From assembly GCF_009914755.1 (NCBI RefSeq), contig NC_060927.1: 64,000 nucleotides of DNA. One strand, 5' to 3'. Both the position numbers and the translations under genes were made by a program. Every line of letters begins with the position of its first letter. Position 1 is the first letter of the stretch. Under the pieces are notes generated by a model that worked only from the letters and a program-made list of their open reading frames with translations, was not told where the DNA came from and ran no database searches. Shown one piece after another: positions 1 through 16,602 of this stretch. The stretch comes from the human T2T-CHM13v2.0 reference genome, Homo sapiens.

Positions 1-60
1 AGGGGTCAGGGAGTTCCCTTTCCTAGTCAAAGAAAGGGGTGACAGACGGCACCTGGAAAA

Positions 61-243
61 TCAGGTCACTCCCACCCTAATACTGCGCTTTTCCAACGGG
101 CTTAAAAAACGGCGCAACAGAAGATTATATCCCGTACCTGGCTCGGAGGGTCCTATGTCCATGGAGTCTCGCTGATTGCTAGCACAGCAGTCTGAGATCA
201 AACTGCAAGGTGGCAGCGAGGCTGGGGGAGGGGCGCCCACCAT
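61..243 (-). CDS. L1 antisense ORF0, truncated to 60 aa (canonical 71 aa)
   Basis: ATG at 243-241 gives MVGAPPPASLPPCSLISDCCASNQRD...RVGVT then TGA at 63-61 (CGA>TGA). Matches the primate L1 ORF0 sequence. Confidence 0.75.
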   Translation of the reverse strand: MVGAPPPASLPPCSLISDCCASNQRDSMDIGPSEPGTGYNLLLRRFLSPLEKRSIRVGVT

Positions 244-826
244 TGCCCAGGCTTGCTTAGGTAAACAAAGCAACCGGGAAGCTCGAACTGGGTGGAGCCC
301 ACCACAGCTCAAGGAGGCCTGCCTGCCTCTGTAGGCTCCATCTCTGGGGGCAGGGCACAGACAAACAAAAAGACAGCAGTAACCTCTGCAGACTTAAATG
401 TCCCTGCCTGACAGCTTTGAAGAGAGAAGTGGTCCTCCCAGCACACAGCTGGAGATCTGAGAACGGGCAGACTGCCTCCTCAAGTGGGTCCCTGACCCCT
501 GACCCCCGAGCAGCCTAACTGGGAGGCACCCCCTAGTAGGGGCAGACTGACACCTCACATGGCCAGGTACTCCTCTGAGACAAAACTTCCAGAGTAATGA
601 TCAGGCAGCAGCATTCACAGTTCACGAAAATCCGCTGTTCTCCAGCCACCGCTGCTGATACCCAGGCAAACAGCGTCTGAAGTGGACCTCTAGCAAACTC
701 CAACAGACCTGCAGCTGAGGGTCCTGTCTGTTAGAAGGAAAACTAACAAACAGAAAGGACATCCACACTAAAAACCCACCTGTACATCACCATCTTCAAA
801 GACCAAAAGTAGATGAAACCACAAAG

Positions 827-1823
827 ATAGGGAAAAAACAGAGCAGAAAAACTGGAAACTCTAAAAAGCAGAGCGCCTCTCCTCCTCCAAAGGAATGCAG
901 TTCCTCACTGGCAACGGAACAAAGCTGGACAGAGAATGACTTTGATGAGTTGAGAGAAGAAGGCTTCAGACAATCAAACTACTCTGAGATACAGGAGGAA
1001 ATTCAAACCAAAGGCAAAGAAGTTAAAAACTTTGAAAAAAATTTAGACGAATGTATCACTAGAATAACCAATACAGAGAAGTGCTTAAAGGAGCTGATGG
1101 AGCTGAAAACCAAGGCTTGAGAACTATGTGAAGAATGCAGAAGACTCAGGAGCTGATGCGATCAACTGGAAGAAAGGGTATCAGTGATGGAAGATGAAAT
1201 GAATGAAATGAAGTGAGAAGGGAAGTTTAGGGAAAAAAGAATAAAAAGAAATGAACAAAGCCTCCAAGAAATATGGGACTATGTGAAAAGACCAAATCTA
1301 TGTCTGATTGGTGTACCTGAAAGTGACGGGGAGTTGGAAAACACTCTGCAGGATATTATCCAGGAGAACTTCCCCAATCTAGCAAGGCAGGCCAACATTC
1401 AGATTCAGGAAATACAGAGAACACCACAAAGATAATCCTCAAGAAGAGCAACTCCAAGACACATAATTGTCAGATTCACCAAAGTTGAAATGAAGGAAAA
1501 AATGTTAAGGGCAGCCAGAGAGAAAGGTCGGGTTACCCACAAAGGGAAGCCCATCAGACTAACAGCGGATCTCTCGGCAGAAACTCTACAGGCTAGAAGA
1601 GAGTGGGGGCCAATATTCAACATTCTTAAAGAAAAGAATTTTCAACCCAGAATTTCATATCCAGCCAAACTAAGCTTCATAAGTGAAGGAGAAATAAAAT
1701 ACTTTACAGATGCTAAGAGATTTTGTCACCACCAGGCCTGCCCTAAAAGAGCTCCTGAAGGAAGCACTAAACATGGAAAGGAACAACCGGTACCAGCCGT
1801 TGCAAAATCATGCCAAAATGTAA
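827..1823 (+). pseudogene. L1 ORF1 (RNA-binding chaperone), disabled
   Basis: Start ATG>ATA at 827; in-frame stops at 1118, 1154, 1214, 1433; ~12-nt deletion near 1333; ~8-nt frameshift deletion near 1710; ORF-track fragment MKEKMLRAAREKG... Confidence 0.92.
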
Positions 1824-1871
1824 AGACCGTCGAGACTAGGAAGAAACTGCCTCAACTAACGAGCAAAATAA

Positions 1872-5712
<3,841 letters not shown>

Positions 5713-5940
5713 ACAATGAGAACACATGGACACAAGAAGGGGAACATCACACAACGGGGACTGTTGTGGGTGGGGGGAGGGGGGAGGGATAGCATTAGGG
5801 GATATACCTAATGCTAAATGACGAGTTAATGGGTGCAGCACACCAGCATGGCACATGTATACATATGTAACTAACCCGCACATTGTGCACATGTACCCTA
5901 AAACTTAAAGTATAATAACAATAAAATAAAATAAAAAATA

Positions 5941-6617
5941 ATAATTATTCTTGCTGCACTATATACAAATAATTAGGCCAGGTATAATAAAGAAAACCAG
6001 TCCTCCCATGATTTGTCTTTAATAAAAATGGGAAACTGGAGAGAGAAAAATTATGTTTCAAAAACTATAGCACACCTGTTGTTAGATTTTAGTCTTGCAT
6101 AATGTTTTTCAACTTTTATTATTTTCTACAGTTTGGACCGAATTCTAATTTTTATTGGCTACAAGTCTTTAAAATAATGTTTTCCACTTTTCCTTCCTTT
6201 TTCCCTGTTTTTCCTGATTTGGAGTCACTGAAAACTAAGCTGTGCTTTTGTAAAGCCATGCAAACTGAAGCTAAACAACTTAAACTTCAGAAGAAAATAA
6301 TGGCAACCTGTTTACATACATAACCACATTCATACCTGCCTACTGAAGTATGGACTACAGAGTAATGTGGCCTATATCAATTTTTCAAGATTGTTATTTT
6401 GTTTGTTGTTGTTTTTATCCCTTCTTCCCCCTACTTTCTCTTCATGGGACATGCGACTTCACAACCTGCTAAAAATTAGTTTTTCTAAGAACTTGAGACC
6501 TACTTGTCTAGGAATAAACTGTCCTGGCCATGAGAGATCAGACAAAGTCTAAGACCAGAGATTCATTTTCTTCTTAAATGCTTTCTCCAAAAGATTTTAC
6601 AAAGAAAAAGGGGGAAA
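5941..6617 (+). mobile_element. 3' end of a MER4-group ERV1 internal region with polypurine tract
   Basis: Typical MER4-int sequence ending in AAAGAAAAAGGGGGAAA immediately before the LTR TG. Confidence 0.75.
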
Positions 6618-7068
6618 TGTAGAAGAAAATAAATCTTTGGGCCCCAAAATCACTAAGTTAAAGGGAAAAGTCAAGGGGGGAACTGCCTAGGACAAACTCA
6701 CCTCGCATTCTATTCAAAGTCATCCCTCTGCTCACTGAGATAAATGCATATCTGATTGCCTCCTTTGGAAAGGCTAATCAGAAACTCAAATAGCATGCAA
6801 CTGTTTGTCTCTCACTTACCTATGACGTGGAAGCCCCCTTCCTACTTCAGGTTTTCCCGCCTTTCCAGTCTAAACCAATGTTCATTTTACCTATGTTGAT
6901 TGATGTGTCATGTCTCTCTAAAACATATAAAAGTAAACTGTGCTCTGACCATCTTGGGCACATGTCTTCAGGACCTTCTAAGTCTGTGTCACTGGTGCAC
7001 ATCCTCAACCTTGGCAAAATAAACTTTCTAAACTAACTGATACCTGTCTCAGATTTTTAGGGTTCATA
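6618..7068 (+). mobile_element. MER4A/MER4A1-like 3' LTR (ERV1)
   Basis: TGT...GGGCCCCAAAATCACTAAG...CTCTGCTCACTGAGATAAATGC...AATAAACTTTCTAAA...GGGTTCATA; preceded by the PPT. Confidence 0.85.
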
Positions 7069-7510
7069 GAGGGTTGGTAATATTCCATACTTGGGTGAGT
7101 TTCCAGGGTTGGTAATACTCCATACACTTACTGCTACACATGGATGCCAGAGGACACAGAATCCTGAGGAAACAGACATTTCATGTTTGGAGCCCTCCCA
7201 GTCCCAGATTCCTCCTATGTGTCTCTTCCCTTGAGGGGTTCTGAATTGTATCCTTTTTGCTATAATAAAACTGTTATGATCAAAGTATAGTTCAAAGTAT
7301 AGATCAAAGATCAGCTTTCCTGAGTTCTGTAAGTCATTTAGCAACTTACTGAACATGAAGGAGTTTGTGGGGACCCTTGAATTTGCAGCCAGCTGGTCTG
7401 AAGTGAGGGTGACCCTGGGGACCCACAAACTTGGGGCTAGTGTCAGAAGTCTTGGATAGACTTTGCAGTCTGGGAGGACCTTGCCTTTCACCTCAAGTTT
7501 GGATAACTCC
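7069..7510 (+). mobile_element. MER21-family LTR, 3' part
   Basis: GGTGAGTTTCCAGGGTTGGTAATACTCC...AATAAAACTG...GTTCTGTAAGTC...GTCTGAAGTGAGGG; homologous to the MER21 copy at 49211-49895. Confidence 0.65.
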
Positions 7511-7514
7511 AGAT

Positions 7515-7575
7515 ATTAAATAACATACCTAAGGCCACACAGCTACGAACTGTTGGAGCTGGGATTTGCACCTTG
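7515..7575 (-). mobile_element. MIR fragment
   Basis: TTAAATAACATACCTAAGGCCACACAGCTA...GGAGCTGGGATTTG, the MIR core in reverse. Confidence 0.6.
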
Positions 7576-7713
7576 GTGTCTCTGTCACAATATGTCCAGG
7601 CAGAAGCTTAGTTTTGTAACCACATCCCCCACCCCAAAACCCCCCAGCAAATAACATGTGACTGTCACTGTCATTAATCTATACTGTCCTGTTTCTCATT
7701 TCTGAGTATAGAG

Positions 7714-7918
7714 AAGAGGTTTTCATCTGGGGCAGTTTTTCCCCCCATAGAATATTTGGTAATGTCTGGAGGCATCTTTTGGGGAGGATCCTACTGGTAT
7801 CTAGTGGGTAGAGGCTAGGGATGCTACTTAACATCCTATAAGGCACAGGTCAGCCCTCCCTCACAACAAAGAATTACCCAGCTTAAACATCAACCATGCT
7901 GAGGTTCAGAAACCCTAG
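7714..7918 (+). mobile_element. MER20 (hAT-Charlie non-autonomous DNA transposon)
   Basis: ATTTGGTAATGTCTGGAG...CTAGTGGGTAGAGGCTAGGGATGCT...ACAACAAAGAATTA...AGAAACCCT. Confidence 0.85.
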
Positions 7919-7968
7919 TATAGAGGTATGTTCTGTGCTGGAATTGCATAAGTGAGAGAACCACCTTC

Positions 7969-8355
7969 TGTATTAGTCTGTTTTCACACTGCTCTAAAGA
8001 AATACCCAATACTGGGTAATGTATAAAGGAAAGAGGTTTAATTGACTCACAGTTCCACATGGCTGGGGAGGCCTCAGGAAACTTACAATCATTGTGGAAG
8101 GGGAAGCAGGCTTGTCTTACATGATGGCAGGTGAGAAAGAGAGTGAGTGTGAAGGAGGAACTGTCAAACACTTATAAAACCATCAGATCTCACAAGATTT
8201 CACTCACTATCATGAGAACAGCATGGGGGAAACTGCCCACATGATCCAGTCACCTCCCTCCCTTGACATGTGGGGATTACAGGTCCCTCCCTTGACACAT
8301 GGGGATTATAATTCAAGATGAGATTTGGGTGGGGACACAGAGCCAAACCATATGA
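7969..8355 (-). mobile_element. THE1D-like MaLR solo LTR
   Basis: TGTATTAGTCTGTTTTCAC...AGCCAAACCATATGA with a perfect 5-bp TSD CCTTC (7964-7968, 8356-8360). Confidence 0.9.
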
Positions 8356-8513
8356 CCTTCTTATATGTGTTTCTCAATGCTCTGGGAAAGGGTAACACCT
8401 AGAAATAACATGACAAATCAAAGTACAAGGTAATTAAGCTATGATCATCATCATTCTCTTAACTCCTGAGATGTAGCTTCAAGCAGGATATTCTTTCATA
8501 GGAGGAATGATAA

Positions 8514-9642
8514 TGTTGGGGCTTAGAAAACAATACCCCAAAGTATGGTGCATTGGCATGCTGAGTACTTTGAACTGAAGGATATTGAAAGGACCTCAGA
8601 AGCAAAGTATCTTTCTGATCTTCTCCTGCCTTCCTGTTCCCTGCTCCCCTTTTGCCCCCAAGGCAGGTCATATAAACTAGAGCACATCTTTCCCAAGGTG
8701 GGTTATACTACTCTAACCTTCCCCTGCCTTTCTGTGTAGGAGCTGAACACAAATAAATTCTATGACCTGCTTTGTCTGATCTGATAGCGGGTCATAAGAC
8801 CCTCATTCCACAGGGGACCTGCCCTATACCTGGGAAGAAGGAACGCTGCACAGAAAGGCTCAGAAAAATCTGAACAGACAGGCTCTTCTGGGTTCCCCAC
8901 TCAGTCTATTGTCATCAGATCGTTCTCTTTTTTGTCCAATCACATGTTTACACGGCTATCCATTCTTCATTGAACCGAAGCATAAAAATAGTTTTCCTGG
9001 GTCTTCGGGTCCTCATTTCTGAAGGCGTCCAAGTCATAAGAAACTCTGATTAAATAAATCTGTTATGCTTTAGTTCTGGGATACATGTGCAGAATGTGCA
9101 GGTTTGTTACATAGGTATAGATATATGTATGCCATGGTGGTTTGCTGCACCTATCAACCTGTCACTTAGGTTTTAAGCCCCACATGCATTAGCTATTTGT
9201 CCTAATGTACTCCCTCCACTAGTCCCCCATCCCTGACAGGCCCATCCCTGTGTCCATGTGCTTTGATTGTTCAACTCCCACTTATGAGTGAGAACATGTG
9301 GTGTTTAGTTTTCTGTTCCTGCATTAGTTTGCTGAGGATGATGGCTTCCAGCTTCATCTATGTCCTTGCAAAGGACCTGATCTTATTCCATTTTATGGCT
9401 GCATAGTATTCCATGGTATATATGTACCACATTTTCTTTATCCAGTCTATCATTGATGGGCATTTGGGTTGGTTCCATGTCTTTGCTATTGTGAATAGTG
9501 CTGCAAATAAACATATGTGTGCATGTATCTTTATAATAGAATGATTTATATTCCTTTGTTGTTAACTCATCTTTTGAGAGTTGAGAGTCTGCCATAACCC
9601 TTATAATGGGTGAGGAAAGGTATCACACTTCCCACCCCTATA
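8514..9642 (+). mobile_element. MER39-like ERV1 solo LTR, interrupted by an L1 fragment
   Basis: TGTTGGGGCTTAGAAAACAATACCCCAAAGTATGG... start; resumes at ~9559 and ends GAGGAAAGGTATCACAC...CCCCTATA; flanks ATAA/ATAG (imperfect 4-bp TSD). Confidence 0.75.
9071..9558 (-). mobile_element. L1PA8-era 3' fragment without poly(A) tail
   Basis: AGTTCTGGGATACATGTGCAG...GGTTTTAAGCCCCACATGCATTAG...; ORF2 C-terminal peptide [14 protein letters not shown] on the minus strand. Confidence 0.85.
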
Positions 9643-9681
9643 ATAGTTGCCTCCTAGTTAAAGCTATTGTTCCCTTGGATA

Positions 9682-10090
9682 ATATGTTAGTTTGAGTCCT
9701 CTAAGAAGGAGACTCCAAGACAAAATTAAATGTGCAAGAAATGTATTAAGGGAAATGCTCATAAGAGAAAATAGGGAAGGACCATGGGAAGGCAGAAGGA
9801 AGACCGGATGGTTGGGCAGAAGCATCTGAGGTTGCAGTATCATCCTTGTGAAAATGTGGTAAGGCTGTCAGAGTGTCCTTGTGCCAAAGTCACCCATCAG
9901 AGAAGTCCTGCATCTTGAGGCCTGCACGAGTATCTCTGCCTTTGCTCAATCCATGGCTGAGAGCAACCCATGGGAAGTGCGGCTTTGTGCAAATGCAGCA
10001 GTGGACATCTAAGTGCAGCACCTGGGGCTGTCGGTCAGTTTTGCTCACTGCAGTTGGAGATTACAGAGGCACATTCTCACAGCCACTGCA
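9682..10090 (-). mobile_element. LTR16-family (ERVL) solo LTR
   Basis: TGTTAGTTTGAGTCCTCTAAGAAG...CCAAGAC...GTGCAAGAAATGTATTA...GCAGTTGGAGAT...CATTCTCACAGCCAC. Confidence 0.65.
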
Positions 10091-10302
10091 GCTAACAAGC
10101 ACATTTCTCAAATTAGCATTTTTAGTGTGATATCTGGCTTTTCCTTTCAGACTCCTGAAATTACAAATAACTAGTTGCACCTGTTTTCCAAATTTACCAC
10201 TTCTGCTCTCAGAATATAGATCAGAAAGTTTCATGTCTGTCTTTGAAAATTTTATTATTGCTAAAATCTAAGATGACTCAATAGCGTCATTTGGAGTTGA
10301 CC

Positions 10303-10872
10303 TGATCAGACCAGGACACACCATCCCCAAAATATAACTGTAGAAGACCAGAATCTGCCACCCCAAATATCCCTCTTTTGCATAAGGATTTTTTTGAGTT
10401 GGTTATTTTGAGAAACTGCAGACAAAGGAGTTCTGAAAAGTTACCCTTTTGTAGGAGAAATTTGCATCTATATCCATTTGTAAGGGTGTCTCCCTGTCTG
10501 CACCAGGGATGAGAAGGATAACTAAACTACTAGAGACTCTATAATCAATGGAGAAGGCATCCATTAAATCTGCATAACAAATCTGACCTGTTTTAGTGTT
10601 TTTCATGGTTATTACATCTTAATGGAAACTCTCCCCACACCCTTCTTTCTTTGTTTCAGAGAATAATGGGATTTAAGCCTGAATTCTAAGACTACCCTTT
10701 TGAGATCTACTCTAGAGATGTACTCATTGATCTTGTTTTCTCCTTTGTATACAAGAGGTACACATTATTAAACTTTTGTTTGCTTTTCTCTTGTTAATCT
10801 GTCTTTTGTTAAATGGAGTTCCAGCTAAGAACTCATGAAGGGCAGAAGAGAAAATTATTTTCCCCCTCCTAC
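10303..10872 (+). mobile_element. MER34-family ERV1 LTR
   Basis: GACCAGAATCTGCCACCCCAAATAT...GAGAAACTGCAGAC...GTTACCCTTTTGTAG...AAATTATTTTCCCCCTCCTACA. Confidence 0.7.
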
Positions 10873-11194
10873 AGACCCTTTAAAAAGTTCTACAGACATC
10901 CAATAATGTGTGATCCACAAAAGACACTTAGCTTCATGTGGATTTTCAAGACATTTGTCATTTAAATAAAGCTTGACTTTCACATTCACACCAAATTCTA
11001 CAGTGTAGAACCTTATTTTTAAAGACATTAGCTCTTATTCTTAAAGATTTAAGGAATCTTTATTTTTATGATACTAAAAAAATCTTACTTTTTATAATAT
11101 TGCACATAAATGTAAAGTGTTAAAAGTCTGGAAGAATATATAACAACTCATCAACAATGAATACCTCTGAGAGGTTTTAACATTTTTATTTGTA

Positions 11195-11925
<731 letters not shown>

Positions 11926-13226
11926 AAATCACTTAATCTCTATTTCAACCTCCTTTTATCCCAGTTGTTACAAGATGTATTCTAGTCAACTCTTGCTTAA
12001 CAAAGTCAGTTTAGCATTTTTATAGTTAAATCACACTTAAACTCAATCAATTCAGATTTCACCTATTTATTTCTCCTTTGCCCTGGGAAGAGCTGGGGAG
12101 AGGGGTGTCTATGTGCTGGATAAAGCATGCCATGGAGGTGGAAGTGGTGGTGGGCTCTGGTCCTTGGTAGTCCACACTGACAACTATGGAGCTGTCTGTG
12201 GTCTCAGATGTCCATTTCAGACTTATTTGCTGTGCCCTCCTTGTCCTGGAATGCTATCATTTTTACTCTAGAGCTGCCATACCATCTTGCCCCCAAGAAC
12301 TCTCTGTGAGGTCTGCCATCTTCTAGAACATTGACTGGGAACAAGGCTGAGACAGAACAGGGGCCCATAATAAGGAAGCCAAGCATGGAAATAAAGGAAA
12401 ATCTTGAGTTCCTTCAAGAGACATTCCAGGAACCTAGTTAACCTTGAGATGTAAATAAGCAACCTGATAAGCAAGAAGGTAACGATAGCTTAAAACAATA
12501 GCCACCCAGGAAAATTAAAGCCACAAGATGTTTGTTTCCCTGTAGAAACTAAAGATGACATCTTCACATATATCCCTGCGTTGTTTTTCAGACTCCTATC
12601 AGATGGGAAATGCCAACTGCTGCCATGTAGACCACAGATAAGGGGGAGCTGAAGACTGAACTCTGTCCACCATTCTTTGTTCTAAATTTCTTCCTGAGGG
12701 GCCTAGAGAAATTCACATCCACAGGCCACACCTTAACATTTTTTTTTGTTAACCCTAAGTTTTTAGACAAAGCCTTGCTTCCTTAACCAATTGCAAATCA
12801 AAGAATCTCTGAATCTACGTATGACCTGTAAACCCCCTGCATCAAGATATCCTGCCTTTTGGGGCCAAACCAATGTAACCTCCATGTATTGATTTACAGC
12901 TTTGCCTGTGTAAACCAAAAGGTGACTGAGGTAGGTGTCTCAATTGATTAGAGGTTTATTTAGCCAAAGTGGAGGACATGCCTGGGAAAACCACAAATCA
13001 TAGGAGAATTTGTGATCTACGCTTTTGCCAAGGGTGTCGTGAACTTCAGTATTTAAAGGGGAAAGAGCAAATAGGAGGGAGGGAGGCAGTGAGGCAGATC
13101 ATTACATTCTTGTGAGGCTCTAAGTAGCCTTACTAAATCTACGTTTTACATATGAAAATAGGGAGTAGTGGAAAAGTCAATAATGCATTGTCTCATTCCC
13201 AATAAATCTATATTTTATATAAGATA

Positions 13227-13952
13227 CATTTTAGGGAGGCAGAAATTACAGGCAAAAGCATAAATCAATACATGGAAGGTTTACATTGGTTTGGCCCAGA
13301 AAGGTAGGACATCTTGAAGTAGGGGCTTCCAGGTCAAAGGTGGATCCAAAGGTTTTCTGATTGGCAATTGTTTGAAAGACTTAAGCTTTGCCTGAAGAGT
13401 TTGAAGTTAGCATAAAGAAATGCTTGAGTTGAGATAAGGGGTGCTGTGGAAGCCAGGGTTCTTGTCATGTAGCTGAAGCTTCCAGATAGGAGGTTTCAGA
13501 GAGAATAGATGGTAAATTTCCCCTACTGGGCCTTACAAGGTGTCAGACTCTCCAGAAGAAGACCTAGCAAGGGAAGGAGATTCTTTACAGATTGCAAATT
13601 TCTCTCACAGAGACAGCTTTGCAGAGTCATTTCAAAATATGTAAAAAAATACATTTTGGGGTAAAACACTTTGATTTCCTTCAGGGCTTACTGTCTGTCA
13701 TGTGATGCCATACCAGAGTCAGGTTGGAATTTGGTGTCCAAAGAGTCTGTTTGGTCAGTCTTGTGATCTCTATTTTAATGTTAACATTGGTTGGTTGTGC
13801 CTAAATTCCAAAGAGAGGAGGGTATAACGAGGCCTGTCCAGCTTTCCCTTCCCATCACACCTGAGCTAGTTTTTCAGGTTTCTTTGGGACCACCTTGCAA
13901 GAGAGGGATCCATTTAGTCAGCTGAGGGCTTAGAATTTTAATTTTGGATTAC
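13227..13952 (-). mobile_element. MER4D-like LTR segment fused to the left proviral LTR
   Basis: Reverse of TGTAATCCAAAATTAAAATTCTAAGCCC...GAAACCTGAAAAACTAG...CTCGTTATACCCTCC; absent from the right-hand LTR. Confidence 0.65.
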
Positions 13953-14403
13953 AAGGTAAACAAAAACATTTTATTCTCTCTTAATGTTACATGAAAATCT
14001 TGTTCAAAAGAGAAAACCAAATTTACCTTTGTATTTAGTGTATTATTAAAAGCTAATTGTATGTATGTATGTATATGTATATGTGTTTGTGTGTAAGAAA
14101 TGTTAGTTTGATTTAACCAGTTTTCACAGCTGAATACTTATTCTATAAAAACTTTACAGATTATGCAGTTTATATATAGTTCAAACTACTGAATGAAAAG
14201 GTAGGCCCCACAGATGCAAAACTACTGTACCCATCAATCCAAGGTAAAGGTAGATTTACACACTGTACAGCACTTTGCATGGCTGGGGTGGTGGTCAGTT
14301 CTGAGTATAAACTTCAACATTGTACAGAAATAAGGTTTTGATTTTTTTTCACTCTTCATACATTCAATATGATTGCAAACTCAGAAGCCTAACTAATAAT
14401 AAG

Positions 14404-14759
14404 TGATATGGTTTGGCTATATACCCACCCAAATCTCACCTTGAATTGTCATAATCCCTATGTGTCAAGGGTGGGGCCGGGTGGAGATAACTGAATCTTG
14501 GGGACAGTTCTCCCCATACTGTTCTTGTGGTAGTGAATAAGTCCTATGAGATCTGATGGTTTTATAAATAGGAGTTCCTCTGCACAAGCACTCTTGCCTG
14601 CTGCCATGTAGGACATGGCTTTGCTTCTCCTTTGCCATCTGCCATGATTGTGAGGCCTCCACAGCCATGTGGAACTGTGAGTTCATTAAACTTCTTTCCT
14701 TTATAAATTACCCAGTCTCAGTTATGTCTTTATTAGCAGCGTGAGAACAGACTAATACA
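14404..14759 (+). mobile_element. THE1C-like MaLR solo LTR inside the CDYL 3'UTR copy
   Basis: TGATATGGTTTGGCT...GAGAACAGACTAATACA; TSD ATAAG/GTAAG. Confidence 0.9.
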
Positions 14760-16602
14760 GTAAGCATCTGTAGTCTGGAATGAGTACTCACTCCTGGAAG
14801 GAATTCACTTGTCTACCCACACAGGGCACTCTTGGACGCCATATTGTATTAGTATATTGTATAGACATAAAAGCAGAGGCCAAGAACATTAAAAGTTGAA
14901 AATAAGGTAGTTCTTTTTTTGTTTTGAAAGGAGTTTCTGCAACTAATACTATGTTAAAAGAACTTTAACTTATTAAATAAAATATATTCTAAGTGAACCT
15001 CAAAATTGCATTTTATAAACATAAAAATACTTTATTTTGATGTAATACATTAGTCATATCTGCAAATAGAAAATGAAAACTGCATATAAGGTAATATTTC
15101 TGACCCAGTAATAAAAGGCACTTTGGAGTTATTTTTTATTTTTTATTTTTTTTTTAAGGGTCAGAAAAACTATTTAAAGCTTGGTAAGACTAACATAACT
15201 TAGATATTCAAGATTAAGCTATTTAGTGATTCACTAATATTACAAAACAAGCTTTCTTTTAGAGAGACAGTGGTTTCTTCATGCTAACTGGGAAAGAGCT
15301 GGACATATTTAAAAAAGAAGAGGAAACCAATTGGTATCTCAGCATGAATCCTAAGCATATGTTTGGTTTAGGGGTGTGCTCGCCAGTGGATTTTTAATCA
15401 GAAAGATTTATCTTACAAGCTAAGTCTCACTTTTGATTTAGAATTTCCCATCTCTGAAGTATTTGTACCTTCTTGGAGACAAAGGCAATACCTCAGACAT
15501 TCTGTATCTCTGTGTTAGGGAGGCTGGCTGATACCCCTTTAGATTCTGTATTCTAGAAGAAAAAGATGAGAAAAACATTATCAAACATTACTCTAGACTT
15601 TTCTGCAATTCAAAACTAATAAAACAGAATTCCATTTTTTTATATTGTACTAGCCAAAGAAAACGAAAATTAGAGCTTCCAAGAGCAGTCTAGTGCTCAC
15701 CATTATACTTTTACACTTGTGTGGACAAAGCAGCTTTGTAGTTACTTATTTTAAAGCTACAGTACTTAAAAACTTCTTGATAATAAATAACTTGGGTATT
15801 TCCAGTCCTGCTTCCAAGCATGAACTATGCGTGAGCTTATTTCAGGCTGCAAGAATGGATTAGGGAAACCAATGATGTTCTTCTGCTCAGCCCATCCCAG
15901 TGACATCAGCTGGCAGCTTAACGGTCACAACTCATCAATTTTCCTCTGCAAGCACTTTAACATGGAGTCCATCAGTTTGGCCAAGCCCCAGATTTTCTTC
16001 AGCACTTTGCACTCCCTCTCATTGGCCTGCTCCAACTCCATCTTCATGTTGCGGCACACAAGGGCTTCGGATTCCTCAAGCACAACTGGATTACATGAGG
16101 CAAACTCCGTAATTCAAATCATAACTTCCTGGGTGAAGGTCCCGGGCCAAAATACCTGGGCTACCAGACCTTTACCACAGGCTTCCTGTGTGGTCATCTT
16201 CTGCCCACTGAGCAATATCTCATTTGCAAATGCCCCTTCCATTACTTTAGGAAACAATGGTAGAACAGCCATCTGGATTCTGTCCAAAGATAGTAAAGAG
16301 CGGTGGAAACCAAGCCTTTTCATTAGTACAGACCACATTGCAAAGAGGCAATATAGATGCGCTTAGCCTAATGGCTGGGCCATTGACTACTACAATAATA
16401 GATTTCTGAAACTGTATGAAAGTATTCACAAAGTTTCTGGTAGCTTCTGCTGTTCTAGTGCTTTCTCTTTTGCTGTCATTTGTTGAATGCTATATAAAAT
16501 AAATAAAGTCAAGTGCACAACAGAAGGCACTGCCAATGGCACTGAGTAGCATAAGCTTGCTGTTTTCAGCAGCGGCTGTGCTCAAAGCACTTTGGATTTC
16601 TC

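Noticed and set aside
5766-5789. G-quadruplex motif in the L1 3'UTR
   Set aside because: A standard feature of L1PA 3'UTRs.
8255-8310. ~29-bp tandem duplication inside the THE1 LTR
   Set aside because: I recall the same duplication in other THE1D-type copies, so it is probably a subfamily trait.
15827-16366. 179-aa plus-strand ORF
   Set aside because: It is the antisense shadow of the CDYL pseudogene coding region, with no independent protein signature.
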